The notes under the pieces: model-generated
What the model was told of the DNA's origin: nothing
The model's input: the letters and a program-made list of their open reading frames with translations, nothing else
The model's database searches: none
Shown here: in pieces, positions 1 to 9,437 of the stretch
Layout of the letters: every line of letters begins with the position of its first letter
How positions within the stretch are numbered: position 1 is the first letter of the stretch
Assembly (NCBI GenBank): GCA_000092065.1
Contig: CP000587.1
DNA from: Ostreococcus lucimarinus
Lineage: Eukaryota
Direction: 5' to 3' (one strand)
Length of the DNA stretch: 64,000 bases
Made by a program: the position numbers and the translations under genes

Positions 1-1866
1 CTCGTCGAACATCTTTGAGCTCCATTCTATCTCATCGACGTTTGCCAGGTTGAGCTTCAGCGCTTGTTCGGCGACAATAGCTGGTATGTGATGTCGATTC
101 GTCGGCGGAACAAAATCCCACACCACCGATTCACAGATTCGTCCATCCTTGAAGCGACGGAGCTCGGACCGTTCGCCCCAAAACTTGCGAAATTCTTTAG
201 CTTCTTTGTCATCAGCCGAACTCGGACCGATGTCGACCAGTCGCAACGCGTGTTCAGGATCCAAAATTACCCCAACCCATATCTTGCACGATGCACTCCC
301 GACGGTGTCGACGCTCGAACTTTGCGGCTCAAACGCACGAACGAGTTTTGCACGATCGCTCAAAGCGCGAGTAACAATACGTGCTACGTCTGATTCTGCG
401 GTACGACGCCCACCCAAGTCACATTCGCCTTCATCTGCATTAACCATCACGTCGACGTGCATATGCAAATCGTACCGAACCGCGGCGGGACATTGGCCAA
501 GTAACACGTTGCTAAACGCGGAATGACTAGATCTCTTCAACTCAGACGCTGAAAGTATCGCCTCGTGAATTAGCTCCTGCACCGCGCTCGCAGACATTCT
601 CGCCATAATATTCACATGTCCACAAGGTCCAAGGAAAACGTTTGCGAAAGCGCGCTGCCACTCGCCCGCTTCTGCGGGTTTACCGCTTGCGTACAAACCC
701 TTCTTAAAGAAGCCAGGCTTAGCGAGCGCGTTAATCGCGGCCCGAAACATCTGGCTAGTGTCCATACTACTACTCAATTGACCACCTCGCTCTAGCATGT
801 ATGCGAAGAGCATCGAAATGAAAAATCCACTGACGCCATCCGCTGCGTCCAGCAACCGCCTTCCCTGCGCCCATCGCTTGAATAGCACCACCGCACCGGG
901 CAAACTCTTCGCTTTCTTCGATGCTGCGGCAAAGAACTGTGCATGCATGCGTGCATACATGTCTTCCGCGATGGACTGGTTGTAATGCGGGCTCGCCGGC
1001 CGCACGTCTCCCCGTGCCAGCCTTCGCACGTTTGCTCTGTTAGGCAACAATCGAACCGATGCGAAAGTTTCGGGGTCTATCGTCAAAAACAAACGAAGTG
1101 CTTTTTTATTTTGCTTTTCTCCAAAGTGTACCGTGATATACGGCTTCCTTGCATCGCGGTGCTGGTCCATCACTTCGCACGACCACTCGGACGACTTCGA
1201 CAACTTTTTATGCAACACGTCCAGGTACACCGCTCGCTTGAAGTGATACCTGTGATCTAAATAATCCTTTTCTTGAAAGAACGACCGAGGCATTTCTACC
1301 GCGACGTCCACGACGACCCCTCCGTCACCATTCATGGGTACGTTGAAGCACCCTCCCTCTGCGTGACTCCCAATCGAGACGACCCGCGTCGGCGGCGCGA
1401 ATTTCAACGTCTTCCCCTCCACCTCCTCGCACTCCACCGCAAACCACGCCGGTGATTTGGCTTTAATTTCCTTCTCTTTCAACTCTACGTCGGTGTGTCG
1501 TCGATCAAACGTCTCGTCAGTCTCGTTTCTTCGCGACTCGTTCGCCCGTTCGTCCTCGTCGTCCTCCTCGCGCGTCTTCGGTCTCAGTCATATGCTTGTC
1601 AATGTAAACATCACGAGGATATTCAGTTCTCAAAGATTAATATGTCTTCATCACCGACCGTCGACGCGCGTGGATGAGCCCTCGGCCCGGCTCCTCCTCG
1701 CTCACCGCGCGTTCGCTCGCTTCGTCGCACCTCGCACCGCCTCGCGCACCGCCCCGAGCGCGTCCTCGCTCGACGCCCGCGCGCGCGCTGTCGCCGCGCA
1801 TTCGTTCACGATCTCTCGCGCCAGCGTCTCGTCGTACGACGCGGCGGCGAACGCTTCGTCGTCCAT
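1..1866 (-). CDS. NOL6: Nrap/NOL6 (UTP22-family) nucleolar RNA-associated protein, N-terminal ~600 aa; the gene continues past the window start, so the 3' part is missing
   Basis: Translating the minus strand myself from ~1575 down to position 1 gives an open frame. It is absent from the ORF track because it runs off the edge. It carries Nrap-like blocks: ..RVVSIGSHAEGGCFNVP..VVVDVAVEMPRSFFQEKDYLDHRYHFKRAVYLDVL.., ..LFKRWAQGRRLL..GFFISMLFAYML.., ..KIWVGVILDPEHALRLVDIGPSSADDKEAKEFRKFWGERSELRRFKDGRICESVVW. A likely first exon lies at ~1866..1738 (ATG MDDEAFAAASYDE...). It would be joined through a ~162-nt GTGCGA...AG intron (~1737..1576) that removes two in-frame stops. Confidence 0.7.
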
Positions 1867-2144
1867 CGTTCGTTTCCCTCGCTTCCCTCGCGAGCGCGCC
1901 TCCGGGACGACGACGCGACGACGCGCCGTCGCGATGTGAGGCGCGCCGCAGCCGCCACTCGGCGCGTCGAGGGATCGATTGATTGGTTGATTGCGGCGTG
2001 CGATGACTCGAATGCGTCATCGCACGGCGCGCGAATCGCGAATCGTGAAAACTCGCGACGAAAGCGCGGACGCGACGCGGACCGAGGCGCGTCAACGGCG
2101 CGCGACGCGCGTCTAGAACGAGCGAAGGACGAACGAAGGCGAGG

Positions 2145-2915
2145 ATGAATGCTCTGACGCAGATTAAGAATACGCAAAAGGCGACGATGCGGGAGATTGA
2201 GAGCGGGATGGGGGAGGAGGCGTCGTGGCACGCGAGATATAAGCACTCGGCGTACGTCTATGCCGGTGGATTAGCGTTCAACATGACGGAAGGGGACATT
2301 CTGGCGGTGTTCTCACAGTTTGGGGAGGTCGTCGACGTCAACTTGGTGCGCGACGAGGAGAAGGGTAGGAGTCGAGGATTCGCGTTCATTTGTTACGCCG
2401 ATCAGCGCTCGACGGTGTTAGCGGTGGATAACTTAAACGGTGCCACCGTTGTGGGACGAACGATCAAAGTCGATCACGTGGATGATTACAAGATGAAGAA
2501 CGAAGACGACGCGAACGCGAGAGAGTGGAAGTGCGCGTGCGGGTCTGAGAATTTCAAGTTCCGAGAAGCGTGTTTTAAGTGCGGTGCGCCTCGACCGGTG
2601 GTTAAGAGTGCGGTAGAGGAAGAACTAGAAAGACCCATCGCGGCAGACGGTGGTCGTGAAACTCGCGTTGAGGATAGTCGAGACGTCGTTGACGCGGCGG
2701 GTCCTCGAAACGCCGACGCGGAGGACGAAGATGCGCGAATCATTCGTGAGCTTATGGAGCGTAAAGCCGCGGCTATCGCGCGTGCAGAGGCTGCGGCGAA
2801 AGGTCTAACTATTCCTGGGGACGAGAAGGATGAGAAGAGAGATAGAAAACGGCATAAGAAGGAAAAAAAGGAGAAGAAGGAACGTCGCAGAGAACGCAGT
2901 CGGAGCCGAGACTAA
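2145..2915 (+). CDS. RBMX2: RBMX2/Snu17/Ist3-like splicing factor: N-terminal RRM plus a RanBP2-type zinc finger and a K/R/E-rich tail
   Basis: ORF-track protein MNALTQIKNTQKATMREIESG...SWHARYKHSAYVYAGGLAFNMTEGDILAVFSQFGEVVDVNLVRD..GRSRGFAFICYADQRSTVLAVDNLNGATVVGRTIKVDHV closely follows the RBMX2/Ist3 N-terminus. WKCACGSENFKFREACFKCGAPR is a RanBP2-type zinc finger. The ATG at 2145 was checked. Confidence 0.85.
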   Translation: MNALTQIKNTQKATMREIESGMGEEASWHARYKHSAYVYAGGLAFNMTEGDILAVFSQFGEVVDVNLVRDEEKGRSRGFAFICYADQRSTVLAVDNLNGATVVGRTIKVDHVDDYKMKNEDDANAREWKCACGSENFKFREACFKCGAPRPVVKSAVEEELERPIAADGGRETRVEDSRDVVDAAGPRNADAEDEDARIIRELMERKAAAIARAEAAAKGLTIPGDEKDEKRDRKRHKKEKKEKKERRRERSRSRD

Positions 2916-2974
2916 CTAGTTGTAGCATCATTTGTAGCGAGATATCATGATTTTAGCGTCTATTACAAATATAT

Positions 2975-4213
2975 CTAGTAAGTATCATCAATCGCGGCCT
3001 GCTCAGCTGATGGTAAATGCAACAAATGGTTGATGCATACGGCGACGGGATCTTTTGCCGGTCCACCCTTCATATTAATTACCGACATCCCACCGGGCGA
3101 AAGACTAAACATTTCTCCGCTATTCCTCTCTAGAGCGTGCGCTAGGAAATCTTGGCATACAACTTTGTCGTGAATGACGAAAGTAGAGCCCCCACCTTGA
3201 GTGCCTTCGGCCAAACTGGTCAAGATATCGTCCACAGAGTTCACGACTTTGGCTTCAAACGGGCACGTGCCGCTCATCTCGCGCTGGCATCGATCGAATA
3301 TCTTCTCCGCCAAACGAGCCGAGGGTCCGTCCGGCGAGTGCAACAGCGCGCCGACTGAGGTATTTTTCAACACGTTCACCATACTCCTTGTAATTTTAGC
3401 CTCTTCCTCTATGCTCGTCGGTGCGTGGACCAAAACGAGGGCGTCCTTCTTTCCAACCGGCGCCTCCGGCGTTTGATTGAAAACTTCTAGCTTAACCCCT
3501 CGCCCTGTGTTCGGCTCAAAGGACTCGTCGATGATCAACCTGCTCACTGCGCAATTACTTTGCACGATGCGTCTAAAATATTCCGGTCCGAGCCCGAGCG
3601 CGCTGCCAATCAGCGCTTGATTTACCGCGTTGTGCGCGACGACGAGAATTTTCGTTTCGCGTCTCGCGAGCAACGCCTCGTTCCACACCCGCGTCGCTCG
3701 ATCCCACAGCTCTCGCACGGGGTAATGTCCGTCGATTTCAAACTCGCTCGGATTCTTTTTCCAATTCGCATAGCTCTGACCGTATCTCTCCATCCCATCT
3801 TCCTTCAACAGCCCCTCAAACGCGTATAAATCAATCTCTCTCAAGTCGTCGACGTCCACGAACGCCGTCCCCGAGCGCGTCCCCCACGCGATTTCCGCCG
3901 TTTCTCGCGCCCGCGCCAGAGGTGATCGCAAGCACACGTCAAATTTATCCAACGCGATCACGTCTTTCGTCAAGTTCGCCTGCGCTTGACCTTTCGCCGT
4001 CAACACGGAAAAATTCGAACTCCCCTGAATCCGTCCTTCCTCGTTCCACGTGCTTTGGCCGTGTCTGACAAAGGTGAAGGCGCGACGCGTCGACGGTGGT
4101 GCGGGCGCTTTCGCGTCGAACGAGCGCGCGACGATCGAGCGACGCGACGATGCACGCACGAAGCGAGACGCCGCCGACCGGGACGGCGCACCGAACGACG
4201 ACGACGTCCGCAT
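2975..4213 (-). CDS. Histidine-phosphatase (phosphoglycerate-mutase-like) family protein with an N-terminal transit-peptide-like extension
   Basis: RHG motif FTFVRHGQSTWNEEGRIQG, second catalytic His region ILVVAHNAVNQALIGSALG, ATG at 4213. The R/S-rich N-terminus is MRTSSSFGAPSRSAASRFVRASSRRS. Confidence 0.7.
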   Translation of the reverse strand: MRTSSSFGAPSRSAASRFVRASSRRSIVARSFDAKAPAPPSTRRAFTFVRHGQSTWNEEGRIQGSSNFSVLTAKGQAQANLTKDVIALDKFDVCLRSPLARARETAEIAWGTRSGTAFVDVDDLREIDLYAFEGLLKEDGMERYGQSYANWKKNPSEFEIDGHYPVRELWDRATRVWNEALLARRETKILVVAHNAVNQALIGSALGLGPEYFRRIVQSNCAVSRLIIDESFEPNTGRGVKLEVFNQTPEAPVGKKDALVLVHAPTSIEEEAKITRSMVNVLKNTSVGALLHSPDGPSARLAEKIFDRCQREMSGTCPFEAKVVNSVDDILTSLAEGTQGGGSTFVIHDKVVCQDFLAHALERNSGEMFSLSPGGMSVINMKGGPAKDPVAVCINHLLHLPSAEQAAIDDTY

Positions 4214-4328
4214 GGCGTCGCGCAGTGCAGCCGCGGCGGTTGGTCGGAAAAATCTAAAATTGCGAGCCGAAGGACGAGGGACGAATTTTCAAAGTCAGAC
4301 TAAGCGATGCAAGAAACTAATAGACTAC

Positions 4329-5050
4329 TCACGCCCACGCGGAGACGGAAGAAACACTACGAACGAGCACGTCGTTGAACCACGCGACGAAGGCGACGGT
4401 AAGAAACACCATGACGAGTCCGACGAATGGCGTCACCGCTTCTTCCCGCGCGCTCGAGTCGTCAAACGCCCCGCTCGATAACTTTGTCATCGACGGCTTG
4501 CGCTCAGGAAACCCGTTCGGCAGCGAGCTTTCGAATCGCACCTTCGACCGCTGTCGTTTCTCCGCGAAACTCCCCGACGGCGATAAGATCCCTCTCGCGC
4601 TTCCGTGTCGTCCCACCGCTCGCGCGCTCGCGGAGACGCCGTCCTCGTCCTCGTCCTCGCCTCGCGCGTCTAACAAATCCTCTTCGAAATCGTCCTCCTC
4701 ATCGATCCCTCGTCGAAACGGTCGTCCGCGCGCGTCGTTCTCTTTCCCATCCAACCACCGCGTCGTCTTCCTCGCGTCGCGTCCGCGCGGCGACGTCCCA
4801 TTCGTCGGCGACGCGCCCATCGTCGCGCGTCCGCCCTCGCGGTGTGCGCGATCGTCCGCCGTCGACGGTGCCGCGTCGTCGCGCGCGCGCGCCTCGCGCG
4901 TGGGTTCACCCATCACTCGCTCGTCCGGTCTCGGACGCGCGCGCGACGCCGTGTGTCCATCACACGAGTCCCGAACGCCGTCGCACCATCCATCCATCGC
5001 GCCATCCATCGGCGGTCCGACGGATCCGGATCGGGACGCGGGCGCGATGG
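4329..5050 (-). CDS. Hypothetical low-complexity protein with a single C-terminal transmembrane helix (tail-anchored type)
   Basis: The C-terminal ...KLSSGAFDDSSAREEAVTPFVGLVMVFLTVAFVAWFNDVLVRS is hydrophobic. The upstream part is R-rich low complexity and the true start is unclear. Both strands show open frames here because of the GC content. Confidence 0.2.
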
Positions 5051-5187
5051 ACGGATGGCGTGACGACGACGACGCGTCGACGTCCGCACGCGGTGGCGCG
5101 CGAATCGAATGTTCACCGCGTCGTGCGCGCGAAGAGCGACGACGAGGACGACGGCGCACGCGTTGCGCGCGCTGAAACGCGCGCGAC

Positions 5188-5216
<29 letters not shown>
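5188..5216. repeat. (GAC)n trinucleotide microsatellite, ~10 units
   Basis: cgacgacgacgacgacgacgacgacgacg read directly. It encodes a poly-Thr or poly-Asp run depending on frame. Confidence 0.9.
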
Positions 5217-5220
<4 letters not shown>

Positions 5221-5246
5221 CGGCATCGCGCTCGACGCCGTCCGCG

Positions 5247-5744
5247 ATGCGAGGGGTGAAGAAGGAAAACTTGCCGAGCAAGGTGTGCGTGGTGTGCGAC
5301 AGACCGTTCACGTGGAGGAAAAAGTGGGAAAACTGTTGGGACGAAGTGACGACGTGCTCGAAGTCGTGCAACGGTAAGAGGAAGAGCGAACGACAGCGAG
5401 AGAACAAGGAAACGCGAGGCGAAGACGAAGACGAAGACGCGCGAGCGGCGCATAAGAAGTCGGTCAAGGCGCAAAAGGCGGAACGGAGGGCGCGATTAGA
5501 ATTCAATGGTAATCCAACGAGCGGGCAAAAGGCGTGCGATGAATGCTCGAAGATGGTGAACGAGCTGATTCGATGTCAAACGGACGCGACGAAACGGTGG
5601 CGTATGGTCTGCGGTTCGTGTTGGGTGAAAGTGAGCGGCGGCGTGGTGGATGGTGACGCAAATCACCCGCATTATCGATACGGTGGGTTATGGAAGAATA
5701 GACGCGCGCAAAATGCCGACGGAGGCGAGCCTTTAGTCTGTTAG
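5247..5744 (+). CDS. Zinc-ribbon protein, DUF2256-like (CxxC...W(R)KKWxxxWDEVxxCSxxC) followed by a second Cys-rich module
   Basis: [46 protein letters not shown]... then ..[24 protein letters not shown]. The ATG at 5247 was checked. The upstream in-frame part of the track ORF is a poly-Thr tract from a (GAC)n microsatellite. Confidence 0.55.
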   Translation: MRGVKKENLPSKVCVVCDRPFTWRKKWENCWDEVTTCSKSCNGKRKSERQRENKETRGEDEDEDARAAHKKSVKAQKAERRARLEFNGNPTSGQKACDECSKMVNELIRCQTDATKRWRMVCGSCWVKVSGGVVDGDANHPHYRYGGLWKNRRAQNADGGEPLVC

Positions 5745-5774
5745 CGGCTTAGAAGTAGCTATATTAATCATTTT

Positions 5775-6817
5775 TTACAGTTCCGCCTTGGCTTCCTTCG
5801 TCGCGTATTTACCGAGTCCGATGGTATTTTTTGATCGCTTGTCCGCACGTTTGATGGGAAACGGCATGCGTCCTCGTTGTGCTTCCTCGGGTAACATCGC
5901 CAAATACTTGTTGCAGAATTGAATCAGGGTGTTTTCGTTGAAACTATCGATCAGCCTCGCCTCGGCGTCGCGCTTCTTGCTCACGGGATCGTAACCGACG
6001 ATCGCAAGCCTTCCCCCAGCGAGCACGTCCATGTACTCCTGCTCCTCACCCTCGTAAACGGCAGTTTGCAAATATATGAGATCCTTTGTCGTCGGCGGCA
6101 CGACGTGAATGAGAACCATAAAGCCAGAAATGGCCTCTCCGACCTTTTCTAATGTTTTGTGAATGCGCACCCCATACTCGTCCGCGAATTCTTTAAGCAT
6201 GAACACAAACACTTTGGGCATGTCATTTTTCGCGTGCAGATTCGCTCGTTGAACTTCATCGACGGTACCTCTATTATCGGGAAACTCGGGCCATTTCGCG
6301 TACGGCGGAATGAGAGTGAAGAATGCGAAGCGCACTATGCTCGACACGTTGCGTTGCAAGCTCTCGGTCATCTCAGTCATGTGGTCGCTGTCCATGTAAT
6401 GTGGCGCCGGAATGAACACCTTGGCGAGTGCGTGCTCAGACTTCAATTTCAACGCTCGGCCGAAAGTGACATCATCGTGTCCGTACGAGCGAAACGTGTT
6501 TTCCGCGTCGGTGAACGCGTCAATCGCCGCTTGATGAACGCTCCCGGGCCGAAACAAAGCCAGAACCGCCAGCGTCTCCGTGCGTGAATCTTCGACAAAT
6601 TTGAGCAAGTCTCTTTCGGCGTCGAACTCCTCGACTGCGCGCACACCGGTGAACCGCTACGATCGAGGAATCCTCCGGTCAGTCTCACCACGCGCGCTCA
6701 TCGTGTCGATCAATTCAAGGCCATACGAGAACGAGTTCGAGGCGCCGTCGCTGCGCTTACCTCGCTCGCGAAGCACAACGCGAGGATAAGTGCGATTACT
6801 GATAACGATCGTCGCAT
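5775..6817 (-). CDS. Secretory/ER thioredoxin-fold (PDI/ERp29-like, no CxxC seen) protein. Two exons, ~6817..6761 and ~6656..5778, with the stop at 5775-5777
   Basis: Exon 1 encodes a signal peptide MRRSLSVIALILALCFASE (ATG ~6817) ending at a GTAAGC donor. A ~104-nt intron has a GAGACTGACCGG branch-like motif and a ...CGATCGTAG acceptor. Exon 2 continues in frame: RFTGVRAVEEFDAERDLLKFVEDSRTETLAVLALF... The protein ends in KAEL, a K/HDEL-like possible ER-retrieval tail. The track ORF 5775..6644 starts at a GTG, not an ATG. Confidence 0.55.
6657..6760 (-). other. Spliceosomal intron (GTAAGC...TAG) of the ER thioredoxin-fold gene
   Basis: Donor GTAAGC sits directly after the signal-peptide codons. 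The branch-like motif is GACTGAC and the acceptor is TAG. The frames of the two track ORFs (6710..6934 and 5775..6644) are reconciled only by a ~104-nt intron. Confidence 0.55.
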
Positions 6818-7574
6818 GTTCGCTGCGGTTGATCTCGCAAGTGCGCCGACGTGTGCTGTCTGTCGCCCACGCGCGATGTCGACATCAATCACTCTGCGCT
6901 CCACTCGAGCCAACATCCAGAAACGACTTGTCAAACAGTCGAGGCCGAGTTGTGAACGTCAACATGGAAAGTCTTACCCAGGTATCCATATGGATTTCGA
7001 TGCCCGCTCACAAATCGCGGAGAATTCAAGGAAATCCCCGACGGCGTACGCTGCACACCATGAACGCGCGTCGCGGTCGATTCGGCCGGCGTCGCGGTCG
7101 CTACCTCGGCGCGCGAGAAATAAATGAAATAATTAAATAATTTCTATGCGAACGCCACGGGCTCGCCAGCGAAGCGTCAATCGCGCGTCGCGCTCGACGC
7201 CCGTAATAATGCGATCACGAATCACCAATGGAATTAATTTCACGCGAAACCACGCGCATCTCGGTCGTCTGATATCAAATTCACACTTTCGACGACTGCT
7301 GGGCGAAAATTTCTCACATCGAGATGATCTGTCAAAACACATGCATGTCGCGTCGATAGGCGTAGAACCACCAAAAGTGCATTTGTTGGAGGTAAATGGT
7401 GTGTCGAAACTCATAGCCGCAACTTTTACAAAACCTTGACGCGATTCAGTGCTTGTGCATTCACGTTCCATGATGACGATAATTAAATATAATCTGAGCG
7501 CTTAAAATAATTAATTGCGCGGCGGAAACAATTCATTCGCGCTTGATATTGCACGTGCTATCTTGCTAAGTTTT

Positions 7575-9106
7575 CTAGTACTCTATCCTTGCGAGACTCC
7601 TCAAAATCATCGAGTCTCGCGCGAGTAGCGAAATAAATCCACCCGCGACGAAAATTAATAAGCCAATTAAATAAATCAGTCCGTGAAGAAATCGCCTGTG
7701 AGCGCACGTAATTTTGTTAGTCATCCTACGGAGAGCGTTCTGCGAGTGTGAGCGATCTTAGTGAACACTCACCTGAAGCACAGGGCAATCACGGGTCGGC
7801 CTTCGAACTTTTTCGCTGCTGCAATTAATTCTCCGAGTGGCGGTCCTAGAATCGTGAGAACGCTCACCACGCCAACGTGAGCGTACGTTCTCAGGATTTC
7901 ACGTATCTCAGGTAGGAAACATAATTTATGTTGAATTAATCCCGATCCGCTGGCGTCGAAACTCTCGCCTGCGGCTTCGGGAACGGTCAACATTAAATAA
8001 CTCGGTTGGTCGTTTCCATTCAACGCACTCACGGTGCCGACGGTTATTTCGGTCACTGCGACTGTTCCTCCCGCAAGTGCCGACTCGTACGCGTGCGTTA
8101 CCTCACACTGATCGTGGTCGTGCCCCGACAACACCAACACCGGCTCAACCGCCCGGAGCAATCGCTGCGCAGACTCGTCCGAGAGGTAGTCTTGATAAAT
8201 AATTTCCTTGTCTGAACCGAGCGTGCGGCCTTGAATTGCTTGCGAGTTTCGAAATGGCCCGCATCGCTGCGATGGATTGGGAAGCGGCAAGTGCGTCACG
8301 AGCACTCTCTTTACGTACGGCTCTTTCTTTTGAGCGCTTAAGCCATCCACGAACGCCCACGTCTCGTCTGTGGCCGGTCCTTTGCCGTCGAGGACCATGG
8401 CGTTGACGCCTACGAAGTCAACGCCGCCGATGCGCTCGACAAAGTTACTTTTTCCATACCATTCTTCGAACCGTGCGAGGATTCTGGGATGATGGCGAAT
8501 GACTTCGGAATAACCAACGTCATGGTTACCGGCGACGGTGTGGTACAACGGCCCACCATCGCCGTTTCTCGGCCACCAGAGCGCGGCGTCGACGCGACGC
8601 CGCAACGCGCGCCACTCGTCGTCGTTTCTACGTGCACCTTGCCCGAACAAGTCCCCCAGAAACACCACGTTTCTCGGTGCAAATCTTCTCAACCCTGCCT
8701 TCATCGTCCGTCGCACGTAGGCATCGCACACGGCTTCCGCAAACGCGAGCGCGCGCGACCGTCTGCCGAGCTCCCTGTACGTGTACTCGTCCACCAACTG
8801 TGGGTCCGCGGTCACCATCACCCTCGTCCCGTTCGCGCCGTGCGGCCACGAACATCGACGCTGCGCTACGACGTGCGAGTAGACTTCGCCGTGATGAAGC
8901 ACCGCGCCCCAAATCACGAATAACGACGCGTACAAAACGCGCGGTGGCCGCCCGCCGCGCCTTTCCGCGCGCCCATCTTCGTCGCCCTCGCGCGGTCGCC
9001 CGACGTCGCCTCGGCGCCGCGCGTTCGACGTCGACGACGCCGCGCGCGACGTCGAACGCGCGCGCGCTTCCGCGTCGTCGTTCGCGCGCCGTCGACGCGT
9101 CGACAT
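7575..9106 (-). CDS. MPPE1/Cdc1-like metallophosphoesterase (calcineurin-like phosphoesterase; GPI-anchor remodelling family), with a short 3'-terminal exon
   Basis: Track ORF 7769..9106 (ATG at 9106) has an N-terminal TM segment and MPP motifs VVFLGDLFGQG...AGNHDVGY...GHDHDQC. The apparent stop TGA lies inside a canonical CTTCAG|GTGAGT donor. Downstream are a GATGACTAAC branch motif and a CTCACAG acceptor, a ~77-nt intron at ~7696..7772. The following exon (~7695..7575) encodes a TM helix, RFLHGLIYLIGLLIFVAGGFISLLARD..., as expected for an MPPE1 C-terminus. Confidence 0.65.
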
Positions 9107-9437
9107 CCCGCGCGCGCTGCGGCGGTCGCCGCGCGCGTGTAGGCGGGTTTAGGCCTCGACCCGGGACGCCCTGAAATCCGACCGCGACGCGCCCGTTTCG
9201 CCGACGCGTCGAGGCGCGGTCGCGGCGCGCGGGGTCGTCCCGGCGAGTTCGCGCCTCGACGGTCGAGCGCCGAGCGGTGCCGATCGAGCGTCGATCGCGC
9301 GATAGACGATAACGGGGGAAGCCAAGCCGTGAAGCCAGCGCTCGGTGCGACCGCGCGCGGCGGCGACGGCGACGCCAGACTGCGGTCGACGAGGGACAAA
9401 TTTTAGATTGGATTGCGAGCGGCGCCGGTGACGCGTC

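Noticed and set aside
4375-5377. Overlapping 266-316-aa ORFs on the plus strand (4375..5175, 4427..5377), plus numerous 60-250-aa Arg/Ser/Pro/Ala-rich ORFs throughout (e.g. 1637..2246, 8632..9601, 28458..29201, 36584..37250, 40505..41066, 45666..46595, 58796..60470).
   Set aside because: These are low-complexity translations of GC-rich DNA, with RRRR, SSSS and PRPR runs and no domain. They overlap better-supported genes or intergenic microsatellites. ORF-track starts are frequently GTG or TTG rather than ATG.
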